From assembly GCF_036321535.1 (NCBI RefSeq), contig NC_087437.1, forward strand, positions 94,118,001 through 94,182,000: DNA of 64,000 bases, in the 5' to 3' direction. Positions 1-11,770 of the stretch are shown here, one piece after another. The notes under the pieces were generated by a model that saw only the letters and a list, made by a program, of their open reading frames with translations, was not told where the DNA came from and searched no databases. Origin of the DNA: Camelus dromedarius (taxonomy: Eukaryota). Within the stretch, counting starts at the first letter, position 1. Every line of letters starts with the position of its first letter. The position numbers were made by a program, and so were the translations under genes.

Positions 1-757
1 CCATGACCAATAAGCACATGAAAAGGTACTTATTAGCATTGGTCATTAAGTAGTGGAAATTAAAATTACAACCAAATACCACAGCAATTTAGGATGAATA
101 AAATTTAAAAGATTGACCATGACAAGTGTTGATGAGGATTTGAAACAGCTTGTACTCTCATACCCTGTGGCAAGATTGTAAATCAGTATATCTCATCAAA
201 TTAATGATATGCTTGGCATACAACTTAGCAAAGCTATTCTTAGGTATTCACCCAAGGGAAATACAAACATACGTCCACATAACAACTTGTACAGGAATTT
301 TTATCAGTTGTTATCATAGCATTCCTAAACTGAAAACAACTCAGATGCCCAACAGTGGGGCGGGGGAAGGGTTAAACAAATGATGGGATATTGAAACACT
401 GTACTCAGCAACAAAAACGGACAGACTACTGGTAGGTGCAACAATATATATCAATTTAAAAAAAAACATTAGTGCTGAACGAAGAAAACCAGACATAAAA
501 AAAATTGCCTACTGAATAATTCTATGTACATTAAACTCCAGAAAGTACAAATACATAGTAATAGGAACTGGGTGAGTGGGTACTTGAAACCACAAATTGA
601 GAAAGGAATGGAGATTTGCTGCAAAAAGGGGGAAAAATCCTTTTTTGGGGAGATGGAAATATTCTGTGCCTTGATTCAGGTAGCTGTTATACATTTGACA
701 AAGCTTTAAAGTGGAAGCATTTTGTTCTGTATGCCTCAATAGTTGATTATTTAAAAG
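1..757 (+). mobile_element. Old L1 (L1MC/L1ME-type) 3' portion: degenerate ORF2 C-terminus plus 3' UTR
   Basis: AATAAGCACATGAAAAGG... and CTTAGGTATTCACCCAAGGGAAATACAAACATACGTCCAC (ORF 150..383 LGIHPREIQTYVH) resemble the L1 ORF2 end. TTTTGGGGAGATGGAAATATTCTG is a typical L1M 3' UTR motif. Confidence 0.85.
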
Positions 758-1795
758 TGTAGCCCTTATAAGAAGGATTTACATATAGCATACATCAGTA
801 AATTAAAGATTTGTTAAGTATATTAATTCCAGAAAAATTTGTAGAAGTGCTTCTCTGGTGTCTGCTAGCTACTGACCATACACATATAAAATAGACTGTA
901 GAAGGACCTAACTGAGCTCATTTTCACCAAATTGAAACATGAGAGATAGTCACTGTGTTTTTAAAAAAAAAAATCTCCGGATAGTTCAGTGGTAGAATTA
1001 GGACAGAATTAGGGTTTCAAAATTTTCATAGACATGCATATGTATTTTATTATTGTCTGATAAAACACTAAGATACTCCCAAACTTAAGAGATTTTATTT
1101 TAAAAGAGCATGATTTTTGTGCTGTTGTTTGATATTACCCATGGCTATTTTTCCCCCAAAACGAAAACTCTTCTTTTTCGGTAGCTCTTTTAGAGAAAAA
1201 TAATTCATCAGACATAGAATGTTATAAAAGGTGATTTTCTTTGACATCACTTATACATTGAGGATTAAGAACAAACAGGTCGAGTTCAGTTTCTTCCTAA
1301 TATCATTGCTTTGGTTTTTTGGGGACTGTCACTGAAATCATTACTATTTTCTGAAAAGACTTAAAAATGTCGACATGAAATTCTCAAGCCTGAGCCATTT
1401 TTGTGAAACTCAAAAGCACGTATAAGGACAAGCAGCATAGCTTTAGGGACAGTTGGCTTCTTTTGGCATATTTATTTCTGTTCATTAGAGAGCTTCTAAA
1501 ACAAACGTAGTCTTGGGGTTTGTTTCCAGATTGTGCAGTTTGTTCTATTTCAAAGCACGAGCCCTTAAAGCTGGGCAGCTGTGTTATGAATGCCTTTGCC
1601 TAGTCACAGGAGGATGCTGTAACCATATGGATAGATGAAATCAACCCCTTCACTATTGAGAAAACAAGTAGTTGCACATGGCCTGTAGATGGAAATGTCT
1701 CGTTCGTGCAGGGCACCACGAGAGTATTTATGAATAGCAAGTGGTCTGGATGTGTGTTTGTGTGTGATATTAGACAGAAGGAAACAGGAGGAAGG

Positions 1796-1834
1796 TTTTT
1801 CTTCCTTCCTTCCTTCTCTCTTTCTCTCTTTCTC

Positions 1835-1888
<54 letters not shown>

Positions 1889-1950
1889 TTTCTTCCTTTC
1901 TTCCTTTCTTCCTTTCTTCCTTTCTTCCTTTCTTCCTTTCTTTCTTTCTT
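1796..1950 (+). repeat. Compound polypyrimidine microsatellite including (TTTC)12 and (TTCCTTTC)7
   Basis: Read directly: 155 nt containing only C and T. Confidence 0.97.
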
Positions 1951-3551
1951 ATAAAAATATGTGAATCACAATATCTCTGAAATCTGCCCAGCTCTAACTC
2001 TTGAAGCTAGCGGTATCTCCCCTGCACATGGAAATGCTGGGGAGAAGTATCCTAGGAGTTGCAAAAACAAGACGAGTATTTGCACCAGGCAGCTGGAGGT
2101 TACATAGCTGGGGAGGTTATCCAGGTTCATCACTGAAGGGGGCCAAGATCCCATCTAGAGGAATGGGGAAAAATGCTCAGCTTCAAAGGATACATTGTAG
2201 ACCACAATTAAGTCATATGTCTAGGAGAATTAGAAATAAGGAGTAAGGAAGTACATGAAAGACTTGAGAAAGTGATTTAGAACTCTGATAATAAACAGGG
2301 AATGTGTAATAGATGCCCTCTTTTATATAAAGCGTTGCAGAGTTGGTTCAGGAACATGTGGTTATTCAAAGTTGTATGTCTCTGGGCAATGTTAACATAA
2401 TCCTGTGAGTCTAATAGGCGACATAGGAGGCAGTTTTGTGGACAGGCTTTACAGCTGTCACTCTACAAGAAGTAGAAGAGGAAAAGTTTTCCTTTACCTT
2501 CCGGGCTAGTGCATTCGATGAAATGTCCTGAGGGGCACGAGGCAGTGTGCAGCATTCGCAACTGCATAAACGAAAGAGAGATTTTGTACAATTGAAATTG
2601 TGTAAGTTCATTGCTCTGTTCAGCAGCAGCAGTGGGTTCCCAGCAGGCATAACTTGAGAACTGCATCATGTTTGCTACCCAAGCTGGTCCTGGCAATGGA
2701 CTCAGAGGGCACCCAAGGAAAAGGCTACACTCAAAGGGCCAATTAAATAAAAGGGTTGGTCAGATGAACCAGATATTTGACAAGGAATATTATGATAAAC
2801 CAAGAGCACAAACTTATTAGTAATCTAATAAAATAAAGTTATCCTTAGTGACCGAAGCACCTTGCTCTCACTTCAGCACAATGCCTCATTATGAAGAAGG
2901 GAAATAACCCAACCAGACACAGCTACCATAATGGATGTTCCCTTGAGGGTCACGCCATGAAGCCTTGTCAGGGGCAGGCTGCTGTTATGTTATTTTCACA
3001 TTTAACCTACACAGTCACATTTGTACCAAATCTCTCTCTTTTTTATTTAGATAATCGTAGAGGCTGCAGGATCATATTTTGAACATGAACTCTTTAATCT
3101 GTCATGAGTTACAGTACACATTTTACATTTGTATACACATTTTGCTATCCAGAGGTTCATACTCTAAAATCACGATTGAATCATGATTTATATACTTTTA
3201 GGGGGATTAAGGAATTTTTTTCCTTAACCTTTAGATACGTTTAGAGGGGGTTAATTTTATATATATTTAGGGTTTTTTTATGTACTTTTAGGGGAGTTAA
3301 GAATTTTTTAGAAAAAACACTGATGATATAGGAATAGTCTTCTTTAATCTCACTTTAGGAACCAGATTTTGCAAAGGAAAGAATTTCAGTCTAATGAGAG
3401 AGAAACTCAGTCAGCAATTAAGAAAGATACAGACAAAGAATGGCATATGAACTATGCCCTGGCAGAGAGTATGAGAGTTTTCAGGTTATCCTGGGGTCTC
3501 ATGGGCTGAGGCTGGTGATTGAACTATTTATTGGTTATCTCCTCAGACTTA

Positions 3552-3998
3552 TCATTCACTCATTCAGTGTATATCCTTGAGTACGTACCATGTGCTAAGC
3601 CATTCCAGTGTCTGGAGATACAACACCCCCCTGCGTTCTTGAATGGGGATATATATTAAATAAAAACAAACATCAAGCAACAAGAAGTGCTACAAAGAGA
3701 AATAAAGGAGATACCACATGGCAGCACGGTTGGCCAGAGAAGACTTTCTCAGGAGAGCATTTCTGAGCTGAGATCTGAGTGAAGTGAAGGAAGGAGGCAC
3801 ACACCTATCTCCAGGAAAGGGTATTCCAAGCAGAAGAAATCACACATGCAAAGACCTTGGTGTGGAAACATCTTTGGTAGTTTGCAGAACAGTGAGGCCC
3901 ATGTGGCCTTATTTTAATGGCTGAAGAGCAGATGGGCAGGAATTGAGTTTAGAGGGGGGTCAGAGGCCATAAAGTCAACAACCATGTGATCATGGTAA
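3552..3998 (-). mobile_element. L2 3' fragment (continues at about 6600-6975)
   Basis: CATTCACTCATTCAG...GTACCATGTGCTAAG...GGAGATACA and TTTCTGAGCTGAGATCTGA...ATTCCAAGCAGAAGAAATCACACATGCAAAGACCTTG match the antisense L2 3' end. Confidence 0.8.
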
Positions 3999-4472
3999 TG
4001 CGATGGTTTGAACTGCATCCCCTCCTGTGAGAAAAAAGCTATGTTGAAGCCCAAACCCACAGTATCACAGAATGTACCTTATTCGAAAATAGTCATTGCT
4101 CATGTAATTGGTCGGGATGAAGTCATACTGAAATAAGGTGGGTCGATAATCTATTAAGACTGGTGCCTTTATAAGGAGACATCCTTGTGAAGACACAGAG
4201 ACACACAGGTGAATGTCATGTGGTGATGAAGGCGGAGATTGGAGTTAGGCAGCTGTAAACCTAGAAAAACCAATGATTGCCAGCAAACAGTCCAAAGCCA
4301 GGAAGAGGCAAGGGAGGATTCACCTACACGTCTCAAAGGGAGATTCCATGCCTCTGCCAACACACTGATCCCCTACTTCCAGCCTCCAGACCCTGGAGAC
4401 AATACGTTTCCATTGTTTTTCAGTTACCCAGGGTATGGTACCTTGTGAGAGCAGCCCTAGGAAGTTAATGCA
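3999..4472 (+). mobile_element. MaLR solo LTR, MLT1C-like
   Basis: Starts TGCGATGGTTTGAACTG and ends GCAGCCCTAGGAAGTTAATGCA. Internal CCAGGAAGAGGCAAGGGAGGATTC and TTCCAGCCTCCAGA motifs; length about 474 bp. Confidence 0.88.
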
Positions 4473-4693
4473 GTACCTTCATTGTTGTTGTTGTTGTTTA
4501 ATATACTTTACATTTTAAATAAGTTATTGGTTCAGAGCAAAATTGGGCAGGAAATTACAGAGTACCCATATGTTCTATGCCCCACACACTCACTGCCTCC
4601 TACACCATTAACATCCTTCGCCAGAGAGGTACATTTGTTGTAACTGAGGAATCTACATTGACACAGCATTATTATCTAAGGTCCGTAATTTAC

Positions 4694-5331
4694 TGCTGGA
4701 AAACAAGCCGCACCTAAATTTCCATGAGCTTAAAATATTATATACACACTTGCTTGCTTAAAATGCACATGTTTGCTTTGTTTTAATGTTTTACACAGTA
4801 GATGACCTATAGCACGTATTATGCTAAAGAAAATATGTGGTGAGCAATCCTGAGGTTGACCATAAGGGCACGAAGGAGGGCAGATATTTCCTTAGGGTGA
4901 AACAATGGCTGGTCCCGGAAAGCCAGATCATCCATTAACAACTTTGTTCTGGCATGAAAGCATGCGGTTAAGCCCAGGGGGAATATTTGCTATCTCAAGA
5001 TGTCCCGGAGGCAATGACAGGATAGATATAGAAATTTTGCATACCCGGAGGAGGGTGATTGTTCCTGGAAGGGACAGGCCTGAAATTAATCAGTTAATCA
5101 GCAAGCAGAACTTAGTGCTTAGCGCATGGAATATCTAAAGCCCCAGCTTTTTGATCACATTTTTTTCTGAGCTGTATACTCCTAATAAATATGATGTTGA
5201 CCAGGCTTTCGGTGCTCTAGATCCACGAGATCCTGAGTCCCCTGGTCCCATCTTTGCTCTTTACTTTGTCTCTTTGTTTCTTAAGTCTTGCGTCACCCGT
5301 CCTCAGGTCCCGAGCTGCGCTGGACGCAGCA
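4694..5331 (+). mobile_element. Young endogenous retrovirus solo LTR, class II (ERVK/betaretrovirus-like)
   Basis: TGCTG...CAGCA inverted termini, a perfect 6-bp TSD ATTTAC (4688-4693 and 5332-5337), AATAAA at 5184-5189 and retained CpGs. The class call rests on TSD length and the U5 ending GCTGGACGCAGCA. Confidence 0.88.
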
Positions 5332-5567
5332 ATTTACCTCAGGGTTCACTCCCTGTTGTGCAGTCCGTGGGTTTCTACAAATGTATACTGATATATATCC
5401 GCCATCACAGTATCACACAGAGTCGTTTCACTGACCTAAAAATCTGCTGTGGTCGCCTCTTGATCCTTCTCTCCTCCCTGATCCCTGGACACCACTGATC
5501 TTTTTACTATTTCCATAGCTTTGTCTTTTTCAGAATGCCATATAGTTGGAATCATAAAGAATAGAGC

Positions 5568-5942
5568 TATTATAGACTGAACTGTGTCCTCCAACAATGT
5601 GTATGTCGAAGTCCTAACCCCTACTGTGACTACATTTGGATGCAAGGTCTTTAAGTTAGTAATTTAGATTAAGTTGTGTCATCAGCGTGGGGCATAATCT
5701 GAAATAATCAGTGTCCTTGTAAGAGGAGAAAGATGTACCAGGGATGCGTGTGACAGAGGAAAGGGTGGTGAGGACACAGCAAGAAAGTGGCCCTCTCCCA
5801 GCCGAAGAGAAAGGCCTCAGGAAAAACCAGACCCTTGACACCTTGAGCTTGGACTTTCAGTCTCCAGAAGTGTGAAATAAACTTCTACTTCAGCCACCAA
5901 GCCTGTGGCATTCTGTTAGAACAGCCCTGGCAGGCAAATATA
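5568..5942 (+). mobile_element. MaLR solo LTR, MLT1A/MLT1B-like
   Basis: TATTATAGACTGAACTGTGTCC...GAAGTCCTAACCCC...AAGGCCTCAGGAAAAACCA...CTTGGACTTTCAGTCTCCAGAA...CAGCCCTGGCAGGCAAATATA. Confidence 0.88.
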
Positions 5943-6599
5943 ATGTAGCATTTTGAAATTGGTTTCTTTCACTTGGCAATATGCATTTAAGTCTCCTCTA
6001 TGTCTTTTCATGACTTGATAGCTCATTTCTTTTAGTGCTGAGTAGTATTCCATTGTCTGGATGGACCACAGTTTAGTTTGTTTATCCTTTCACCTACTGA
6101 AGGACACGTTGGCTACTTCCAAATTTGGGCAAGTATGAATAAGGCTGCTACACAGAATCATGTGCAGGCTTTTTGTGTGAACATAGGTTTCTGATCATTT
6201 GGGTAAATATCAAGGAGCATAACTGCTAGGTCTTACGGTAAGAGTATATTTAGGTTTGTGAAAAAATTGCTACTGTCTTCCATGGTACTGACTATACCAT
6301 TTTGTCCTCCCACCAGTAATGAATGAGAGTTCCTGTTGCTCCTTATCCACACCAGGAAATCGTGCTGTCAGTGTTTTGGAGTTCAGTCATTGTAATAGAA
6401 ATGTTGTGGTATCTCATTGTTTTGATTTGCAGTCCTCAAATAATATACAGTGTTGAGGGTCTTTTTATATGTTTAGTTACTATTTTTATATCTTCTGTGG
6501 TAAGGTGTTACCTTTTTGTCTTTTTTATATTATGTGTGATGGAAATTTATTTGAGAAATTTTGGAAAGGAGAAACATAATCGTATTCCTATCATAAAAG

Positions 6600-6975
6600 T
6601 ATAACATTGAATAATGTGTGGCAAAGTGACCCATGGAGGGAGAGGGGAAACAAGGGGCGGGGTGCAGAAGCTAATTTGCCTAGTTGGAGGCTATTGCTGT
6701 AGTTCAGATGGCTTGCTCTAATGTAATAGGATTGGAAATGAGGAAAAGTGGTCACCTTATATTTTTATATTTTTCATATAAAAACTGATTGCTTCTAACC
6801 ATTTCACACACACATACACACACAATAGAATTTTCTATTGAAAGAGATACGTCAGTGAGAGAAAGAAAGCAATCAAAGGTGATGGATGACCAAGATTTTG
6901 GTCTAAACAACTGGGCATTGTTGGTGCTATTTGCTATATTGTAAAACAATGCCCTAGGAGCAAGTTTAAGAGTAA
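6600..6975 (-). mobile_element. L2 fragment, probable continuation of 3552-3998
   Basis: AGTTGGAGGGCTATTGCTGTAGTTCAG and GATGACCAAGATTTTGGTCTAAACAACTGGG are antisense L2 motifs. Confidence 0.7.
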
Positions 6976-7237
6976 AAGCCAAGATGATTTACTTGAGGTT
7001 TGACCCACTTCTTAATTTTCACCTCCACATTGCTGTTACTTAGGAAACAAAGATTACAGGTGTACTCGCTTATTATTACTGAGAATAAGAGCTGCTTATG
7101 TAAATTTATGGAAATAATTTCTCATACTGGTTTATAATTTTATACTCAGGACATGGCCATAGGAAACGTTGTTATTAACAACATGATTATTAATATTGTT
7201 GGTTGACTAAATGCTTATTCATAATAAATATCCATAA

Positions 7238-7459
7238 CAGGGTTTCTCAACAATGGCCTTTTGGAATTTTGGGGCTGGGGGCGATGTATTGTTGTGGAGG
7301 ACTATCCTGTGCATTGTTGGATATTTGCAGCATCTTCGACCTCTACCTTCTAGATGTCAGAAGAACTCTTCACTCCAGTTGTTGACAATCAAAATGATCT
7401 CCAAACATTATCAAATGCCCTCAGGGTAAAGGCAAACTCATCCTGTTTGACAGACACTG
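7238..7459 (-). mobile_element. MER20 (hAT-Charlie MITE)
   Basis: CAGGGTTTCTCAAC...TCCTGTGCATTGTTGGATATTTGCAGCATC...CACTG, 222 bp, with a degenerate 8-bp TSD ATCCATAA/ATCTATAG. Confidence 0.88.
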
Positions 7460-9149
7460 ATCTATAGTACGGTCGGGAAGATTTATAGGTTATTATAAAA
7501 CCTATTTATTGAATGGTTTTCAATTTTGTGTTAAAAGGGATTCTGAAATGCTGAGGGACTGACTGCTGTGAGAAGGAAGGAAACACTGAGCGGGCAGAAT
7601 TTAAAGTGGAACAACTAAGTATTAATTTATTTCACATGCTATTCTTTCAGGTACGAATTTTTTTGAAGAAAGTATTTCACGGCTACAGCATTAAAAGGAA
7701 AAACAGTTATAAGAAATTATGTAATATGAAAATCATATATAAATCATTCCATTTACTTTGTGTCCACAGAAAAAATACCCAGAATTTAAAGAGAAAGACA
7801 CAAACTGATTTTCTGATATTTAATCTAGTAAAAGCAAGAAATAAACCTCTTTTAGTTCCCTGTATTTCAGATGTTATATCAGTTTTGGGGGAAAAAACCA
7901 TAATGAAATAAGAAACATAAATTTATCTGCTTTAAGGATAAATATGAAAAGATAATGATAGTTATATAAATAGTATCATTATAACAGAAATTAAATTTGA
8001 CCAAAAAAGGGATCATAAATTGAAAATAGAAAATGGAGACTAAGAGAAGTTAGAGATTTTGATAATAATGAAAAAAACCACCTATGAGAGAGGCTTAAAT
8101 AAAAACAGAAATATGTAGTAAAATTTAAAATGATACATCAGGATTTGATTAAGCTCCAAAATAATCCAAAGTGTAAAAAATTTTCAAAACAATGTATATG
8201 GTCCTGGGGGTGGGCAGAGTAAAGAATGTATTTTCAAAGTTAGTTTAAGATTTGGATCTTATTAAAATATAAAAAAGAAATTGATATTAATGTATAGCCA
8301 AAAGAAATAAAGGAACAAAAATAAAAAAATAAAAAGGAACAAAAATGAGAAACAAAAATATACACCATCTACTTACAGAACTATATGCTACGTTATCTCA
8401 GATTGTAGGGTTTAATTTATGGATTCACGGGAAATAAGGGGAAATAGGAGCCTCCTGGTGAAGAAGACATTTTTACTGCCTTTTAGGATACAATATACCT
8501 CTAGTTGTCTAGTATCTTAGCAACGTAATTAGAATTTCTAGAATTTACTATTCCTATGACTCAGATCTTCCATTTTGGTGTCTCTGTATCTAGGTTCTTC
8601 AAAATACACTATTACCCACAACACTGTATTCTCCACAACACAGCTTTTGATTTTCTATACATCTATTACTTCAAGTGTTGTGCTTATTTTAGTCTGTGTG
8701 TCTCATCTTCAACCAAAACTGCTTGGTTGAATCACTCAGGAAAAAAAAAATATATATATATATATATACACACACACATATATATGATGGGTTTTATTAA
8801 GTGACTCTCTGATGAACAGCAGAGCTCTCCGGGCATACCACAAACTCTTCAGCCTTGAGAGTGGACACCCACCCCAGACTGATTAAGGTGTGTTTAGTGA
8901 CCAGTTTTATATGAGCAAAGTATGGTTTATGCATATAGACTTCTCAGGAGGAGATGATGTAAATGGGAGCTTTTAGCCCCACCCACTAGTCACCAAAATT
9001 CTATTAGCAAGAAAAAGATGCTCTCTCATTGTCATCTTTACAAGAAAATCTTATTCAAAATAAAAATAAATGGAAGCTTCTCCAAAGGTTTTAAGTATTT
9101 CCATGTTGAACAAGAACACTAGGTAATTAGTCATAATGTCATATTTTGG

Positions 9150-10625
9150 ATTTTTTAACAGTTAATAGAGATATAATTCACATAGCATAAAATTCATCTT
9201 CTAAAGTGTATAATTCAGTGATTTAAAAAAAATTGGTATATTCACAGAGTGGTTCAACCTTCATCATTATCTAATTTTAGATTTTCTTCACTTGAAAAAA
9301 ATCTTTTTTTTATATTACACATTGCATGTTAGCAATCACTCTCCTCTCTCCCTTTCCCTCAAATTCCCTAGAACTACTAATTTACTGTTTGTCTTTATGA
9401 ATTTGTCTCTTTTGGAAATATAAATGGAAACATTAAATTGTTAAATTACTTATCATTAAGTATGCTTTTATGAGGATGACAACAGGAAAGAGAATGGTGA
9501 CTGGCTTCTCTCATTTAGCATAATGTTTTCAAGGTTCATCCATGTTGTAGTGTATCAGCACTTTATTATTTTTTATTGCCAACTGTATTCCTTTATATGA
9601 ATATATCTTATTTTTATCCATTCATTAGTTTTCAGATATTTGGATTGGTTTCATCTTTATTAGTATAAAAATGCTGCTATAAATTTTGTTTTCTTTTTAA
9701 GTGAAAGTATGTTTTCATCAATTTGAGATATATGTCTAGGAATGGAATTGCTTGGTCTTACAGTGACTCTGTGTTTAACATTTTGAAGAATGTCCAAAAT
9801 GTTTTCCAAAGCAACTGTGCCATTTTACAGTCCTACCAGCAAAATATAATGGTTCCATTTTCTCTATGTCCTTGCCAACATTTGTTAAGTTTGTCTTTTT
9901 TATTCATCTTAGTGAGTGTGAAGTAGTATTTCATTGTTTTGATTTGCATTTCCATAATGACTAATGATTTTTTTTTGAGCAGCTGAATGAAAAATGTTTA
10001 TTATGCCCATTTCTTATTTGGTCATTTGAACAACTCTGCTGCAAGCCCATTTCACAGATGAGGAAAGGCCTAGAATTAAGGACTTGCACCAGTGAAGAAC
10101 TTGGGCTGACCTCTGGCTCTCCCTACTCTAATGCTGAGGGCAAAATTGAGCTCTAGCTTCATTTCATGTGCTTATAGCCACTCATGTATTTTCCTTGAAT
10201 AAATGTCTAAAGACCTTTGTTGATTTTAAAATTGAGTTATTTTTCTTTTTCTTATTAAGTTGTACTGTGTATGTGTGTGCTTTTGATATATACTGTATAA
10301 ACGTCCTTTATGAGATATATTGTTAGCAACTTTTTTCTCACATTCTGAGTTGTATTTTCGTATTTAATGGTATCTTTTGAAATACAATTTAAAAAAATTT
10401 TGATGAAGTCCAAATTACTTTTTGTCACTTGTGCGTTTCATTAACTAACAAAGTTCACTAAGATTTTTTCCATGCTTTCTTCCTAGAGTTCTTATAGTTT
10501 TAGCCCTTACATTTAAGTGTGTGATTCAATTTGAATTAAAATGTTTATATGAGATATGGTTCCACATTTTTTCCTTTGAATGTGAACCTAATTATCCCAA
10601 TACTAGTTTGAAAATACAGATTTTT
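9150..10625 (-). mobile_element. L1MB-type 3' end with an internal insert at about 9968-10155
   Basis: GAGATATAATTCACATAGCATAAAATTCA, TTTAGCATAATGTTTTCAAGGTTCATCCATGTTGTAG, CTAGGAATGGAATTGCTTGGTC and TTTGATGAAGTCCAA. Confidence 0.88.
9968..10155 (-). pseudogene. Candidate 5'-truncated retrocopy of a transcript 3' end containing a MIR fragment
   Basis: On the minus strand, MIR-like sequence is followed by AATAAA (plus-strand TTTATT, 9997-10002), 20 nt and then A9 (9968-9976). It interrupts the L1 sequence. No clean TSD. Confidence 0.5.
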
Positions 10626-11004
10626 GACATCCTTTAAAATGTTAAACATAATGTACAACATTATGACATAAAACAGACATTATAAAAGCTGTTACAATTT
10701 TTTCAGAAAATATCAATTAAGTTCATGTCAAACATAGTTAAGGCATAGGTAAATTAGAAAGAAAGATGGCAGTATTTTAAGTAAAGCAATGAAATAACTA
10801 AGACATAGTCTTTGGAAGTAGTTATATTATCAATATTACATTTCTTATTAAATATGTTTGTATGAGAATGGCAACAGTAAATAAAATGGTGGTCTTATAT
10901 AATCCTATGATCAATAATTTATATAATCAATATTCTGATTAATTTCAGGTAAAATCAGTTGTTATATTTTTAGGACACAGAGGGACAGAGGTAACCCATG
11001 TTAT

Positions 11005-11450
11005 TTATTTTTCTATTCACTTATTAATATATGTTCCAACAAATATATGCTACATACCACTAAGTACCTATGGATACAACATTGAACTAAGTAGACAAAA
11101 ATTTTCATATGGGAGATAGACAGTATATAAAATAAATGAGGGATGGAGCAATCCATGTGGGTATCTAGGTTAGATGGACTATAAATGCTATGGTATCGAT
11201 ATAGTGACATTCCAGTTTGAAGAATAATTTTTAAAAGTCCAGTCTGGCTTAAGTGAAGTGAATGAGAAAGAAAGTCATCAGGAAATGAGATCTGAGAGGT
11301 GATGGGGTTGTACTGAAATTTGTGGATAAAGTTTTTATTCCATGTGATAAATAAACTACTTGAAGAGTTTTGAGAGCACTCATGATATTACTTATAATTT
11401 AAAGGGTTAAGCTGCATAGTACATTGAAAATAGATTTAATAGTAGGAAAT
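11005..11450 (-). mobile_element. Degenerate L2 fragment
   Basis: CAACAAATATATG...GGATACAACATTGAAC, GGAAATGAGATCTGAGAGGT and CTTGAAGAGTTTTGAG. Confidence 0.65.
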
Positions 11451-11664
11451 AAAGTTTAAAATAAAAATTAAAAATAATATCATTATCATGATGAGTTATA
11501 GATGGAATAGCTATAAAATAGTCAAAGATACAATAAAGTCATTTATGAAACATAAATAGTGCAGCCCCAAAACTAAAGGAATAATTTTAACTAGTATACT
11601 GTTTTTCCACAGATAAAATTGAAAGACAATTGCATTATATTATTTTGTAATGTGTTATTTAAAA

Positions 11665-11770
11665 TAACCAAAGTAATAACCAGACTTACTGAATCAGGAT
11701 GTCTAGGGTAGGCTCTGGGTCTAAGCACATGTTTTTTTAGAAAATGTTCCACAAGTGTTCCTGTTATACA
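11665..11770. mobile_element. MER5A-like hAT MITE fragment
   Basis: CCAGACTTACTGAATCAGGATGTCTAGGGTAGG core motif. Confidence 0.6.

Larger units (their letters stand above)
4482..6510 (-). mobile_element. L1MC1-like 3' end, split by two LTR insertions
   Basis: GGTTCAGAGCAAAATTGGGCAG...GGTACATTTGTTGTAAC...CAGAATGCCATATAGTTGGAATCAT...GAGAGTTCCTGTTGCTCC. The pieces rejoin colinearly when the inserts at 4694-5337 and 5568-5942 are removed. Confidence 0.88.

Noticed and set aside
1706..1964. Phe/Leu/Ser-rich ORFs
   Set aside because: They are translations of the (TTTC)n microsatellite.
5151..5498. 115-aa ORF
   Set aside because: It has a TTG start and runs across the LTR/L1 junction, so it is a chimeric chance frame.
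7625..7660. Possible recursive splice site TTCTTTCAG|GTACGA
   Set aside because: The pyrimidine tract is modest, the donor is suboptimal and no host gene is established.
8800..8860. Hammerhead ribozyme core (CTGATGA)
   Set aside because: No stem II followed by GAAA and no compatible cleavage-site helices are visible.
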